The notes: generated by a model not told the origin, from the sequence alone. A DNA stretch of 64,000 nt from Camelus ferus (GCF_009834535.1 NC_045697.1:13456001-13520000), one strand, 5' to 3'; shown: positions 1 through 11,703, counted from the stretch's first letter. Program-made: numbers and translations.

Positions 1-83
1 AAAACTCTGAGAAAATATGTTTCTGTTATTTAAGCTACTCAGTTTGCAGTATTTTGTGATGGAAGCCCAAACCAACTAAGACA
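1..83 (+). mobile_element. 3' end of an MLT1 (ERVL-MaLR) LTR, cut by the window edge
   Basis: TTTAAGCTACTCAGTTTGCAGTATTTTGTGATGGAAGCCCAAACCAACTAAGACA resembles the MLT1 3' terminus and ends in CA. Confidence 0.75.
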
Positions 84-129
84 GAGATCTATTAAAAATA
101 TCCAGCAGGTATTTACAAATCCTTTAAGA

Positions 130-478
130 AAAAAAATAAACCAACTTAAAACAAGTAAAAATCCTCCATAAAGAAATAGAAGATATAAAGTAGAACCAAA
201 TGAAAGTTTTGAACTGAGAGATACAGTAACAAAAACCACAGCAATAAAATGTCACTGGATGGGTTCAGTAACAGGATGAAGATGACAGAAGAAAGTATCA
301 CTGAACTGGAAGACTTATCCAACTGAATCTTCAAATCTGAAAAACAGAGAGAAAGTAGATCAAAAAAAAATTGAACAGAAACTCAAAGACCACAGAGATC
401 TCAGGCACAATAACAGATCTAACATTCATGGGATCAGAATCCCAGGAGGAAAAAAAAAATCTAAGCCTGAAAAAAAAA
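130..478 (+). mobile_element. Degraded L1M ORF1 fragment
   Basis: A-rich sequence with L1 ORF1-like segments: CACTGGATGGGTTCAGTAACAGGATGAAGATGACAGAAGAAAG, ATCACTGAACTGGAAGAC and TCTAACATTCATGGGATCAGAATCCCAGGAGGA. Confidence 0.7.
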
Positions 479-816
479 TGTGATATTGGCATAAAGATCA
501 ATATATAGAATTATTTGAAGAACATAGTTTCCACGAATAAAACACACATATAAAGTCATGTGAATGCTGTCAAAAGTATCAACATAATTTAATGAAAGCA
601 GGAAAACCTTTCTAATAAATGGTGCTGGAACTAGGTATCCATATTTAAAAGGAACAGTAATCTAAAACTTTACTGCAAACTATATACAAAAACTAATTTG
701 AAATGGAACATGGACCTGAGCACAAAATCTAAAACTATAAAATTTCTGAAAGAAAACATCTAAAGAAATCTTTGTGACCATGTGGTAAGCAAGATTTTTT
801 TTTTTAAGTAGAGATC

Positions 817-853
<37 letters not shown>

Positions 854-1860
854 AAACTGGATAAATTACATTTACTCAAAATTTTAAAAATTCTCTTTTT
901 GAAAAACAATGTAAGGAAAATGGAAAGACTAGCCAATAAGCTACATACTGAGAGAAAATCTTTGCAAAATTTATTTATAACAAGAGACTTTATCTGGGTT
1001 ATATAAACAATTCATAATACAAAAACAAACAATCCAATTTTTACATTTGCAAAAATTTGAACAACACTTCACCAAAGAAGATATACAAATGGCTAATGAG
1101 CACATGAAAAAGTATTCAATAATATTAAGTTACTGGAGAAGTGAAAACTAAAACCACAGGAGATATCAGTATACTCACTAGAATGGTCAAAATGGAAAAG
1201 ACTGACAAAGCCAGTTTTGGTAAAGATGTGGAGCAATTGGAATTATTACATATTGCAAGGGCTGTAAAACACGAAAAACACTTTAAAGTACCTAGTACAT
1301 AGCACCTAAGAACTCCTTTGGGTGTTTTTTATAAACTTAAATGAATAACTTCTGAATGACAGAAACTGTACTGCTAGAGATCTTACAATAGAAATGAAAA
1401 CGCATCAACTCAAATATTTGTAAAAGAATATTCAAAGAAGTTTTATTCATCATTGTTCCAAACCAAAAACAATTGAATTGTCTATCAATAGGTGAATAGA
1501 CAAACTATGCTATGTATTCAATCAAATTACTATTCAAGAAAAAAAATAACATGTATGAATCTCTAAAGCCTTATTATAGATGAGTGCAAAATTACACAAA
1601 AAGTTCATACTATATTTTTCCATACATATGAAATTCTAGGATAGGCAAAGCTAATCTATGGCAGCAGAAAGCAGGTTTGTGGAGTGAGATGGTGGAGACT
1701 GATATAAAAGAGGATTAGGAAACTCTTGGGAGGTAATGGAATATAGTATGTCTTTTACAGTGATGGATACAATATTCTAAACATTTTGCAAAATTTAGCA
1801 ACATGTACATTTAATAAATGTATTTTATTGAATATAAATTGTATCTCAATAAATTATATC
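479..1860 (+). mobile_element. Old L1M (L1MC/MD/ME-type) ORF2 3' end plus 3' UTR, degraded
   Basis: TGATATTGGCATAAAGATC (WYWHKD-like), AATAAATGGTGCTGGAAC, CACTTCACCAAAGAAGATATACAAATGGCTAATGAGCACATGAAAAAG, and an end at AAATTGTATCTCAATAAA. It has many stops and frameshifts. Confidence 0.85.
821..848. repeat. (TA)14 microsatellite inside the L1
   Basis: Direct reading of the sequence. Confidence 0.95.
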
Positions 1861-4149
1861 TGCATATATTTATGCATAATATACATACAATTTAATATAT
1901 ATGTGTGTATTATATTGTATATATACATATATTTTTCATAGAAAAATAAAAGTGAAAACTGGATCAGTGTACCCTACAGAAATATGTGAACAGGAATATA
2001 ATTCTCCTAGCAAGTTCACTACTACAGTGCACCATGCAAAATATGAAAATGAATGCCCAGAGAATTAGATATTTTGAAAATCATACAAATAATGAGTGCA
2101 TTACATTATCATCAGTTATGTATTCAATAGCCTCCATAAGTTTAATCTTAAAAAAACTATTAAATAAAGTATGAAATATATTGTTTAGAGACACATGGTA
2201 GCAATGGTTGGAGTAAATACTGACTTTCTAAGGCAAACAATTTTCTCCTTATGTGACAATTTTGTTAAGCTGAATTATTATTTTAAGATGCCCTAAAAAT
2301 TCAAATATATTTTAATGTGTTATAGACACATATGGAAATGATAAATTTAATTTTCTTCTGCAGCCAGAAAGATGGTTATCGAAGTTAATTTCCTTTCTAA
2401 GAAAATTTGGAATGATCTCCTGGATTAACTTTCATAAAGTTGTTGCTTCACTATTAACATGGTTGTGATATTATTTAACAGGCACATTTTTACATCTTAA
2501 TTGGCTATTAAGTATAGAAAAAAAGGAATCACAGATTTGATGTAAATGATATTTGATAAGTGTGTCCTTTAGTGACAATTAATTATTTCAGTCCTTGATA
2601 ATATTCCTAGGTCTCCGGAGAGAGATGGGGGAAAGCCAGTTTCCTTTTTTTTTTTTTAACATCTGTGTTTGGGGTTAATGTTTCTTTCTAAATGAAATTT
2701 TGTTGCTTATTTCACAATCCCTAACATTTTCAATTTTTTTTTAAGTTACTTGCATTTCAAAGATAATTTGAGATTTCCAGGTCATTGAATTTTCTGGTTT
2801 CCTTTTGTACACATGCAGTAAACACCTTGAGAAAAAAGAACAAACCCAAAATATGTAGACAAAATTAGGCACAATTTTTAGCTTGTCGTTAGCAATGGCA
2901 CATACTCCTCAACTCACATTTTTACTTCAAACAGATTTATTAACAAAATTTGAAGGGCTTAATAATTTGCAAAGAAAAATATTGCCTCAGGGAGTCAAGG
3001 GCCTTTTGTGTTGGGAGCCAAACCAGTCTTCTGTGTTCCAGATACCTCTCAACATTCTGGTGGGAATTTTGCAACATGCTGTTTTTATTAAGGTTAAGAA
3101 TTATTGGATCAAATGTGGATGTAAACCCTAATTTAAAAAAAAATAATTAACAATACGTACTTGAAAAACATTTATTTTATTTCCCTAGTACCATTTGTTC
3201 CTCATTTGAACAGTTTTAAATTTCATGTAACTCTGCAGAGAGCACTTTCTATGCTTGGCTAGCAATCACAGTAGCGTACCCAGTGAGTCTATATATACAG
3301 TGTTACGTGTTTAGCAAATACAAATCAGAATTCTTGGTTTTTCCTATCTCCCACTGACTCAGGAAATAGCATAAGAAAGGTAAAAAAAAAAATAAAAAGT
3401 GAGTGCTTTTACCCTTCTCCAACCCACATTTTCTCCTTTCCTAACTCAGCGCCATCACAAATATCACAAATCTGAGTGTATGTTGAATATCTTGGCCTTT
3501 TTCTAATTAAAGGTGGCTGCTCAATTCCCCAGGCAATGGAAAAGCCCTTCAGGTTCTAAAAAGAAATGACTTCCAAATTGAAAAGCGAGTAAATAAGTCA
3601 GTTTGAGACCCAAAAGCAATTATCATTACAAGGAAGTATCTTGTTAAAAGTCTATCTTGAGTTAGCTAGCGTTGGTCTTCCAGTAATTGGAAAGAAGACA
3701 GACAGCAATTTCGTTCCCAAACATTTATACAAAGACAATCTCTCCACATTGTAACGACATTTAGGTAAAGATATTTATGATAGAGATGGCTAAACAGCAC
3801 CGATGTTTGTCACTTGCCAAAAACCTGAGGGAAATGAGATGATTTTATTTTAAACTACATTTATATAATTCTAATTATAACTATATTACCAGGAGTTTTA
3901 ATTTGGTTATATAATACAATTGAATTCAGGATCTGAGTCTTTATTTGATGCAAAGCTCTGTGCTTAACTTCAGAAGAGAGATGATTATCAAGGTGGTTAA
4001 AACAGAAGGAATTTAAAATTTGCAAGAGAAGGAGACAAATCCCATTACTTAGGGCAGAAGATAAACTTTGTAAACAAAAAAACGAGGGCCATGGAGATAC
4101 AAGGAAAGAGAAATTACAGCATCTGGACCTGGGAAGAGGGTGAGGTAAT

Positions 4150-4800
4150 GAGGAAAGATTTCATGGAGAAAGTGACATTTGAGATGGTCTTTTCCAGAGA
4201 TTATTTCCACAGGCAAAGCTGGGGCAGGAGGGCATTCTAGAAAAAGGAAAGGGAACAGTTAAAATTCTGGAGATGGAAAAGTGTGGGGGTATGTTTTGAA
4301 AACATAAACCATACGGTTTCAATAGAGGAGAGAAAATGAATAAGGTAAAAATAGGCAATGTGTCTTCACAACAAACTGTGTAAAATATGTGAAATTTCCC
4401 ATTTTTAAGACATGGGGAGCCAATAAATTATTTTTAGCAGGGAGTAATACGATAAGAGCTATTTGGGGAGAAATAAATATATCTGTACAGAGAATAGTAT
4501 ATTGGAGCTGGAGAAACCAAAAGTAAGGAAGGCTGTGAATCACCAGAGGTGGCTGAACAAGAGAATTAGAGGAAATGAGGGCTGGGTTAACTCTGATGCC
4601 CTTGGAATGAAGAAAAGGGAGTAAATGTTAAAAGCATAGTATAAATGGTTAAAAAGGGTGGAAAAGTCAGGGGGAGGGAGTCATTATGACTCAAGTTTTA
4701 AGACCTAAAAATTTGGCAAGATGCTTGGATAGAAACAAATGTAGGGAAAATTCAGTTGGGGATGTATTTTGAAATGAAGTGGCAATGAAGATAAATGAAC
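4150..4800 (-). mobile_element. Highly degraded L2 fragment(s)
   Basis: Purine-rich stretch with L2-antisense-like segments such as TTCATGGAGAAAGTGACATTTGAGATGG and TTTTTAGCAGGGAGTAATACGATAAGAGC. Confidence 0.5.
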
Positions 4801-4954
4801 AAGAAAATCTCTCCCTCCCACAGCATCAGCCATCAGTGCTATAAAGACAAAAACACCAAAATTACCTCTGTGCATTCAAAAGACACCTATTCTAAAAGAG
4901 AGAGCAATTGAAAAATTTTCATGCATTTTGATACGTACTTAACACAATAAAAAT

Positions 4955-5107
4955 AAAAGCTAATATTTATTTAGGACTTTTTATATGCCAGGCACCATTT
5001 TCAATTATCGAATAACGTAATCCTCACAATTATATTGTCTCCATTCAGTAGAAAGATCAAGGCTTAGTGGGCTAGGGAAAATTACCCAAGGATATGCATC
5101 TAGCATA
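4955..5107 (-). mobile_element. MIR SINE, interrupted by the LTR at 5108
   Basis: TAATATTTATTTAGGACTTTTTATATGCCAGGCACC, TAATCCTCACAA and AATTACCCAAGGAT are typical of antisense MIR; a short remnant resumes after 5624. Confidence 0.65.
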
Positions 5108-5620
5108 TGTGAATGAAAAATGGTTCCTGCCTATCAGTAAACAAAGGATGTTACCAAGTCATCAAGCCATCAGCCACTACCACAGCACCTGAGGGAACTC
5201 AGGATGGAGATAAACAGGCTGCCCAATGCCAAGCAGTCAGCCATCAGCCACAGCCAGTGGGGCACCCTGAGGGGACTCGGGATGAGAAAGAACACAATCT
5301 GGCCCTGGAGAGCTAAGGTGCCTATCAAACGAATGATTTCAATGAGTCCAGAACTTTGTGCCTTCCCATACATAGAAGAGTGTTAAATTCCTTAACTTGA
5401 GATATCGGATTTTCTTTACTTAATAGTAATCATTTGATGTTCCAACTACCTAGTCTTTATTGCAAAACTCCTATACACTTTGGCTCCTCCCTTACCTCTT
5501 TGGGACAGTTCCTTAGCTCTATCTAAAAAAGCTGCCTCCCAGATTTGAAGTCCTCAGAAAGTCCACTAAATAAAACATAATTCTCAATTTGTAGGTTGTG
5601 CATTTTTTTCAGTCGACACA
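5108..5620 (+). mobile_element. ERV1-type solo LTR (513 bp)
   Basis: TGTG...CACA termini, perfect 4-bp TSD CATA (5104-5107 and 5621-5624), AATAAA at 5569-5574 and an internal direct repeat in U3. Confidence 0.85.
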
Positions 5621-6397
5621 CATAACACAGGCTTGACTGAAATCAGCATCTATTTGTTTCCAAAAGAGACACTTTAGTCTGCATTATGCTGTTGAAGTTG
5701 CTGTTGAAACCCAAAGGATGACTGAGGGTAAAATGAAAACAAGAAGGAATCCTGGATGACCCTGACCAGGTAGCTGAGTCTTGAAGGATAAAAAAGGAGG
5801 CATTTGGATTTAAGATAGATGGGGAGAAAGTGCCAGGGCTGGAAGGGCTTTCTAGGCAGCAGAGCAGACTGTGCAAAGGCCAGGGGGTGAGAAGCAAGGC
5901 AAGTTAAGAAAGTACAATCTATCACAAAGCTTATTATACTGTCATAAGTGGGCACTGTTATGTCGCCCTGTCATTACTCTTTTTAAATGATATCTGAAGG
6001 TTATTAAACTAGATCTCAATTAAACAGAAGCCTCAATTAGTCAGATAGTGTCTCACAAAGTATTATTTTTTAACAAGAAAATAAAAATGACAAGCATTCG
6101 ACCCTCTTTCAGGTGGGAGTCTCTTGGGCTTGGGCACAACTTGGCCTCAATCCTCATCTAAGTCTGATGAGAACATCTCTGACGTCTATTGGCAAAGGAG
6201 AAAATATATCCCATGATCTTGATTTACTGTTTTTTAAGAAGATTCATGAAGGGAACTATTTGAAGTGAGATATGGAGACCAAGGCCTCTTCTTTCATAAG
6301 GGCATTTGGGGGTGGGGTGGTAATGTTAGGTTTGTAATCTGCAATACTGTGTCATTATGAGAGTCAATAGAGATGCTGGTTGAAAACACTGACTCTG

Positions 6398-6553
6398 AAG
6401 GGGAAGGTATAGCTCAGTGGTACAGCACATGCTTAGCATGTACAAGGTCCTGGATTCAATCCCCAGTACTTCCATTAAAAAAGTAATAAAATAAATAAAC
6501 CCAATTATTGACCCCCCCCCCAAATTAAAGTGATAGAACAAAACAAACAAAAA
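6398..6553 (+). mobile_element. tRNA-Ala-derived SINE (Vic-1-like, camelid), long-tail form
   Basis: GGGGAAGGTATAGCTCAGTGG (A box), CTTAGCA anticodon loop, GGATTCAATCCCCAG (B box) and an A-rich tail. The 16-bp TSD GAAAACA(C/T)TGACTCTG lies at 6382-6397 and 6554-6569. Confidence 0.9.
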
Positions 6554-6610
6554 GAAAACATTGACTCTGGAGAACACTCTCTGGGTTTGGCTCCTAGTTC
6601 TGACTCTTAC

Positions 6611-6656
6611 GAACTGTGTGACCTTCAGCAAGAGAACAGTGTGACCTTCAGCAAGA
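6611..6656. repeat. 23-bp tandem duplication within a MIR remnant
   Basis: GAACTGTGTGACCTTCAGCAAGA followed by GAACAGTGTGACCTTCAGCAAGA (1 mismatch). Confidence 0.9.
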
Positions 6657-6657
6657 A

Positions 6658-7140
6658 TGATTATTATCTCTTGCTGTGTAACAAAATATCCCAGATTTAG
6701 CAGCTTAAAATCACAAACATTTACCACACACCATTTATGGTCAGGAACCCAGGAAGGGTTTAGCTAGCTGGTTTTGATTGAGATTTCATGAGACTGGGGT
6801 CATCTGAAGAAGCAGGAGAATCTAAGCTCACTATTGTGGTTAATGGCAGGAGCTTTCAACTCGTCACTGTATTGGTCAATTCATACTGCTGCTCAGAGTC
6901 ATGGGAACTGGCTTTCCCTGGAACAAGTGTTCAGAGGAACAGAGATAGAGAAAACCCGAGACAGAAGCCATAGTATTTTTATTATTTAGTCTTGAGAGCG
7001 ACATCCCATCACATCTGCTCTATACTGTTCTTAGAAATGAATTGCCAAGTCCAGTTCAAACTCAAAGGGAGAGAAATTAAGCTTCACCTCTTGAGAGGGG
7101 AGTATCAGAGAATCAGTGGGCATACCTTTAACCCGCCACA
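6658..7140 (-). mobile_element. MLT1-family LTR (ERVL-MaLR)
   Basis: Begins TTATCTCTTGCTGTGTAACAAAATATCCCAGATTTAGCAGCTTAAAA and ends TTTAACCCGCCACA, matching an antisense MLT1. Confidence 0.8.
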
Positions 7141-7212
7141 GAAAACTAACTTCTTAGTGTGTGTTTCCCTATCTGTAATTTGGAGATAAAATTGTACCTA
7201 CAGTACAGAATC

Positions 7213-7702
7213 TGTATTACTCAGAGTTCTCCAGATAAACAGAACCAACAGCATGTATGTGTGTGGAGAGAGAGAGAGAGATGTATTATAAGGAATTGGC
7301 TCACACAATTACGGAGGCTGGTAAGTCCCCAGATCAGCAGTTGGCAAGCTGGACACCCAGGAGGGCCAATGTGTAGTTCCCATCAAAGTCTGAGGCCTGA
7401 GACCCAGTAGAGCTGATGGTGTAAGTTTTAGTTTGAAAGGTGGTAGGCAGGACCCAAGAAGCACCAATGTTTCAGTCTGAGTCCTGAGGCCAGAAAAAGC
7501 CAATGGTCCAACTCAGTCGGGCAGAAGGAGTTCCCTTTTACCCAGCCTTTGTGTTCTATTCAAGTCTTTAGCTAATTGGATGAGATCCATGCACAGCTTA
7601 CTGTACTCAGCCTACAAATTCAAATGGTAATTTCCTCCAGAAACACCTTCACATCCAGAATAAGACTTGGTCGAATGTCTAAGTATCACATGGCCCAGTC
7701 AG
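7213..7702 (-). mobile_element. MLT2-family LTR (ERVL)
   Basis: TGTATTACTCAGAGTTCTCCAGATAAACAGAACCAACAG, AGGAATTGGCTCACACAATTACGGAGGCTG and CATGGCCCAGTCA match an antisense MLT2. Confidence 0.85.
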
Positions 7703-9067
7703 GTAGAGGTGGTTGTTTCCATAATGAGCCGTGATTTCTCTCATTTTCAGATGATTCTGATTTCTAGAGAAGTGAAATGACTTGCTGTTTAGCAATTATA
7801 TATAACCTATTAAATCTTCATTTTTCTACCAACTTTCCTTCCTCTCTGACTTGAGGGACAGTCGGAAAACTACCGTCCCTTCCCTGTAGGCAAAGCTGCT
7901 TTTGCTTTCATTAGGGGGGGTATAATGTGTTGACCATATTTATGCTTTTTCTGAATTAATCATGACCTTCTCTAGGTGATTTCTTGATAAAATGGAAAGA
8001 AATTCGTTAAAGCATATTACTAAATGGCCACAAGGTAAGCCTGGCATCCTGGGAGGGAGATGGAGTAGGTCAGATGCACCATGGCACACGTCAGATCTGT
8101 GGGGTTGCTTTCTCCTTGATAAAAGCAATGAGGACTTCAGAGAGGGAAAGCAGACATGACACAGGGATACAGGAGGAGGGAACTTATTTTCCCCAAATTA
8201 ACTCTCTGTCTGAGAGTGTGGAGGAATGATAAAGCGCTGTAAACCAAAGGAACTCCTGAAGTTCAGCCCATGTGTTCTAAGCACTGCTCAGAAGTCTTCC
8301 TCTCAGAAGGTCTGTGTGGGGCCAATTTATTTAATGTAAAGAACCTACCCCGGCAGCTTCCCACCACACAGCTGTTTCTGAATGCCGTGGTTCTGGTCTC
8401 TGAAGAGATTATAATCAAGGGAACGTTCCTCCAAATACATAAAATCTCCTCAAATCCCAAAATGCAGGTCCCTCTTACTTTTGGCAAGCAGCAAGATGTT
8501 TCAGCTTTCCAGATAGAATTGCCTCTTCAGGGTCGCCGGGTTATTGTGTAATTGCAGTAAAACAAAGACAGGCTTCCTGTGGAGCGTTTTCAATAAAGTC
8601 TTGCTGTACATGAGGAAAATGCTTCAACATATTAGCCCTCATTGTCTTCTCTGGCTTTTTATTGAAGGAAAAGGACAATAAAAAAAAAATAGAGGGAAAA
8701 ATATAGGAAACAGATCTTAGAGCAGAAATTGTCTTCCAGGTCTTAAGAACAATGCCAGAATATGCCTTTAAAAATTTTTTTTGAATGTACCATGTCATTT
8801 GAATAAGACAGGGCCACCTGGGAAACAGAGAACTATGAAAAATAATTGAGTGCAATGTCTGGTACATGGTATGTGCTCAGTAAATGATGAATGAATATTG
8901 GTCACTGAAAGATGAAGCAATGTGAAATGGCATAAATCAGACTTCACTTGGATCTCCATCTCTTCTCAGATTCTAACTCTGCATCCACAGAGACCTTTGA
9001 AAAACTACAGACCTAAATGGTACTGACCGTGGAAAGGCATGTGGAGAAAGACAAGAGGATCCACAGG

Positions 9068-9228
9068 CGGAGTTCTTCACCTTGAGGGGTTATGTCAGAA
9101 TCGCGCGGAGGGCTTGTTAAAACAGACTTCTTAACCCCACACCTAGAGTTTCTAATTCATTAGGTCTCCATCGGGTACCCCAAATGTGCATTTCTAAGTG
9201 TCCAGGTGATCAGGCGATGCTGATTTCA
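9068..9228. mobile_element. MER5A-like hAT-Charlie MITE
   Basis: TCAGAATCGCGCGGAGGGCTTGTTAAAACAGA, CCCCACACCTAGAGTTTCTAATTCA and TGCATTTCTAAG...CCAGGTGAT. Confidence 0.8.
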
Positions 9229-11110
9229 GAAATTTCAAAATGGTGTTTTGTTGTTTTGTTTTGTTTCTTTTACACCTGGATATACTAGTTTGGCTATTCC
9301 ACATCTTGAAAATTACTTAAACATAATAAACTATATAAATCTAGCACATATATTTGTACAATCTTTTACAGTGAACATTTTTCATGCATGTTATCAAATT
9401 TGATTCTCAAAAATAGCTTAATGAGATAGAAAGGTCAGTAATTACTATAATGATATTTTCAACAGACGAGGAAAAATACACTCAGATAGCATCGGCATAA
9501 ACACCTTGAAAGCAGTGATCATGTCACATTTATATCAGTATCTTGAAAACTTAGTAATGTGAACAAAGCATAAACCATGTTCAAGAAGTGCTTAATTAGT
9601 TAATTGGGTTTGCACATAACTTACAAATAACAGAAGCACGGATAAAACTGGCATATGATCCCAAATTCTGTGTCCTTTCAAGTTTTCTATAATGTCGTCA
9701 CATCAGCGTATCTCTTTCCCTAATTTCCCTCCTGTTTGTATGAAAAGGTGTCAATCCACAGCCATACAAAAAGCCACAGAACCATAAGAGACTTAAAAGT
9801 GGGGACGATGGCATCTTCACCTCCTTCCACGGAGGAGGATGTCTGACACACAGTAGGAACGCCATCCGCATCTTTGGAACTGAATCATGCATCTATCTTC
9901 CCCACCAGCTACAAAGTCATGATCCTGTGTGTCTGCCATCCCAGAATCGCTGGAAGGCTGCAAGCCTGGGCAATGAGGTTTAGGGCAGCCACAAGCCACG
10001 GAGGAGAGCCACTTGGGGCTTGGGCCGCACGGCTCTGGCCTCCTCCTCGTGGGAGAGAAGCCGCCTCTTTAGACCAGAAAGCTTGGGAGGAGCGCCTGCC
10101 GATTCTGCTCCCTGGCAGCTCCAGCCTGTGCCCTTGATTTGTTCTGCTCTTGCTTCCAAGTCCCCAGACGTGTTCAAATCAAGGGCACTGCTGCGTTGAA
10201 GTGGATTTCCCCATCGCTGTGAGGGAACAAGGCAAGCCTTAACTCTGACTTCTGAGCAGAGCCCCAGAGGGAGTACGCCTAATTAGAACGAGGATCAAAC
10301 GCCTTCATGCCCTGCCAGAGAGGCCCACTGAGTTTCTGTGGGCTGACGGCCATGGAGTTTGTTTTCTGCTCAAAGTGGCCTGGCTTTCCAGAAGGAAATA
10401 AAATGCATGTTATCTTCTCCAAATAATTTATAGTGTTGGAAGATGTTTCCTAAATCAGCGATGGGCTAAACTCTATATTTCTGGTATTTCTACAAAAAGA
10501 AGCGGCTCTCATAGACGTGCGTTTAATCATATCTGTACATTTCACTTGGTCGTTTGAATAACGGTGTGCTAAATAAAGAGTTGAGCCTTCATTACAAATT
10601 ATGAGCAACTTTAAAATAACTTCCATAAAATCCAAGCCATTTGTCTTCGTTTGCAAGATGAGCTATAATATTAGTACAAGCAACCATTGTCACATACCAC
10701 AGAAAATTTGCTGAAAGCATTTTAAAACTAAGAATTAGATTACACTTCTTTAAAGAACTCATACCTTCAATAGACATAAAATTATTTGTATTAAAAACTA
10801 GACATAATTGTATAAATATTTTCCTCTCAGAGATCTCAGTGATAAAGCAGAGTATTTATAAATCAAATGAACATATCTGAACACTCTATTTGTATTATTG
10901 AACACCATGCAATGTTGCTGTCTGAATATCTTTATGTCCCAACCAACTTAAAAAAAAAAAAATCCCAGTTGTTTCCAGAGACGGGTCTAAGGGACAAGCC
11001 TCCAGGGACCAGATGTCTTGAGCCAAGAGTGGAATAAGCAAGAGTGATGATGAAAAGGAAAGGTTAGAGGCGAACTGTAAGAGGCAGGTGCAGCTGATAT
11101 GTCAAACTCT

Positions 11111-11292
11111 GAGAAAAAGAAAAAGAGAAGAAAGAAGGAAAGAAGGAAAGAAAGAAAGAGAGAAAGAAAGAGAGAAAGAGAAAGAACGAAAGAACGAAAG
11201 GAAGGAAGGAAGGAAGGAAGGAAGGAAGGAAGGAAGGAAGGAAGGAAGGGAGGGAAAGAAAGACAGAAAGAAAGAAAAGAAAGAGGGAGAGG
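11111..11292. repeat. Polypurine compound microsatellite (GAAA/GAGA/GGAA) with perfect (GGAA)12 at 11200-11247
   Basis: Direct reading of the sequence. Confidence 0.95.
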
Positions 11293-11703
11293 TTTACCAG
11301 GGGAGCAGGGACAGAAAGAAACCAGATGAGAGAAAGTTTGCAAGTTTAGAAAAAGAATGGGACCAGTGTCAAGGTGTTCAAGCAGGATGGACTGGACACA
11401 GGGATAAATTGTAACTGCTGGAACTTGCCTCTTTTGTGGTCTTAAGTCCTCTGACACAAAAAGACAGTAACCACAGGTTGCCGTCTGACATCGCCATACA
11501 TAGCTTTTAGCAAACTGTCTTGTAAGAGGAGACCGATTAATGTGACAAATATTTATTAAGCGTTAATATACACCAGACACTGAACTACGTACCATTTATA
11601 CACTGTGTTCGTACTGCTGAAACTCACAGCGCAGTGCGGGAGACAGGCACTTAATGTTATTCGAATCCAAGTAAATGTTTTCTGAATTATTAATTGAATG
11701 TGA

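Noticed and set aside
6398..6475. tRNA-Ala(AGC) gene (also at about 36245-36318 and 39420-39494)
   Set aside because: Stems are mismatched and the copies carry A-rich tails, with TSDs on two of them, so these are SINE copies.
6611..6656. Short direct repeats as a CRISPR-like array (also 30596-30635)
   Set aside because: Only two adjacent copies, with no spacers and no cas genes, in mammalian DNA.
10987..11457. ORFs of 76-156 aa with KEGR or PSFL repeats
   Set aside because: They are translations of the GAAA/GGAA microsatellite.
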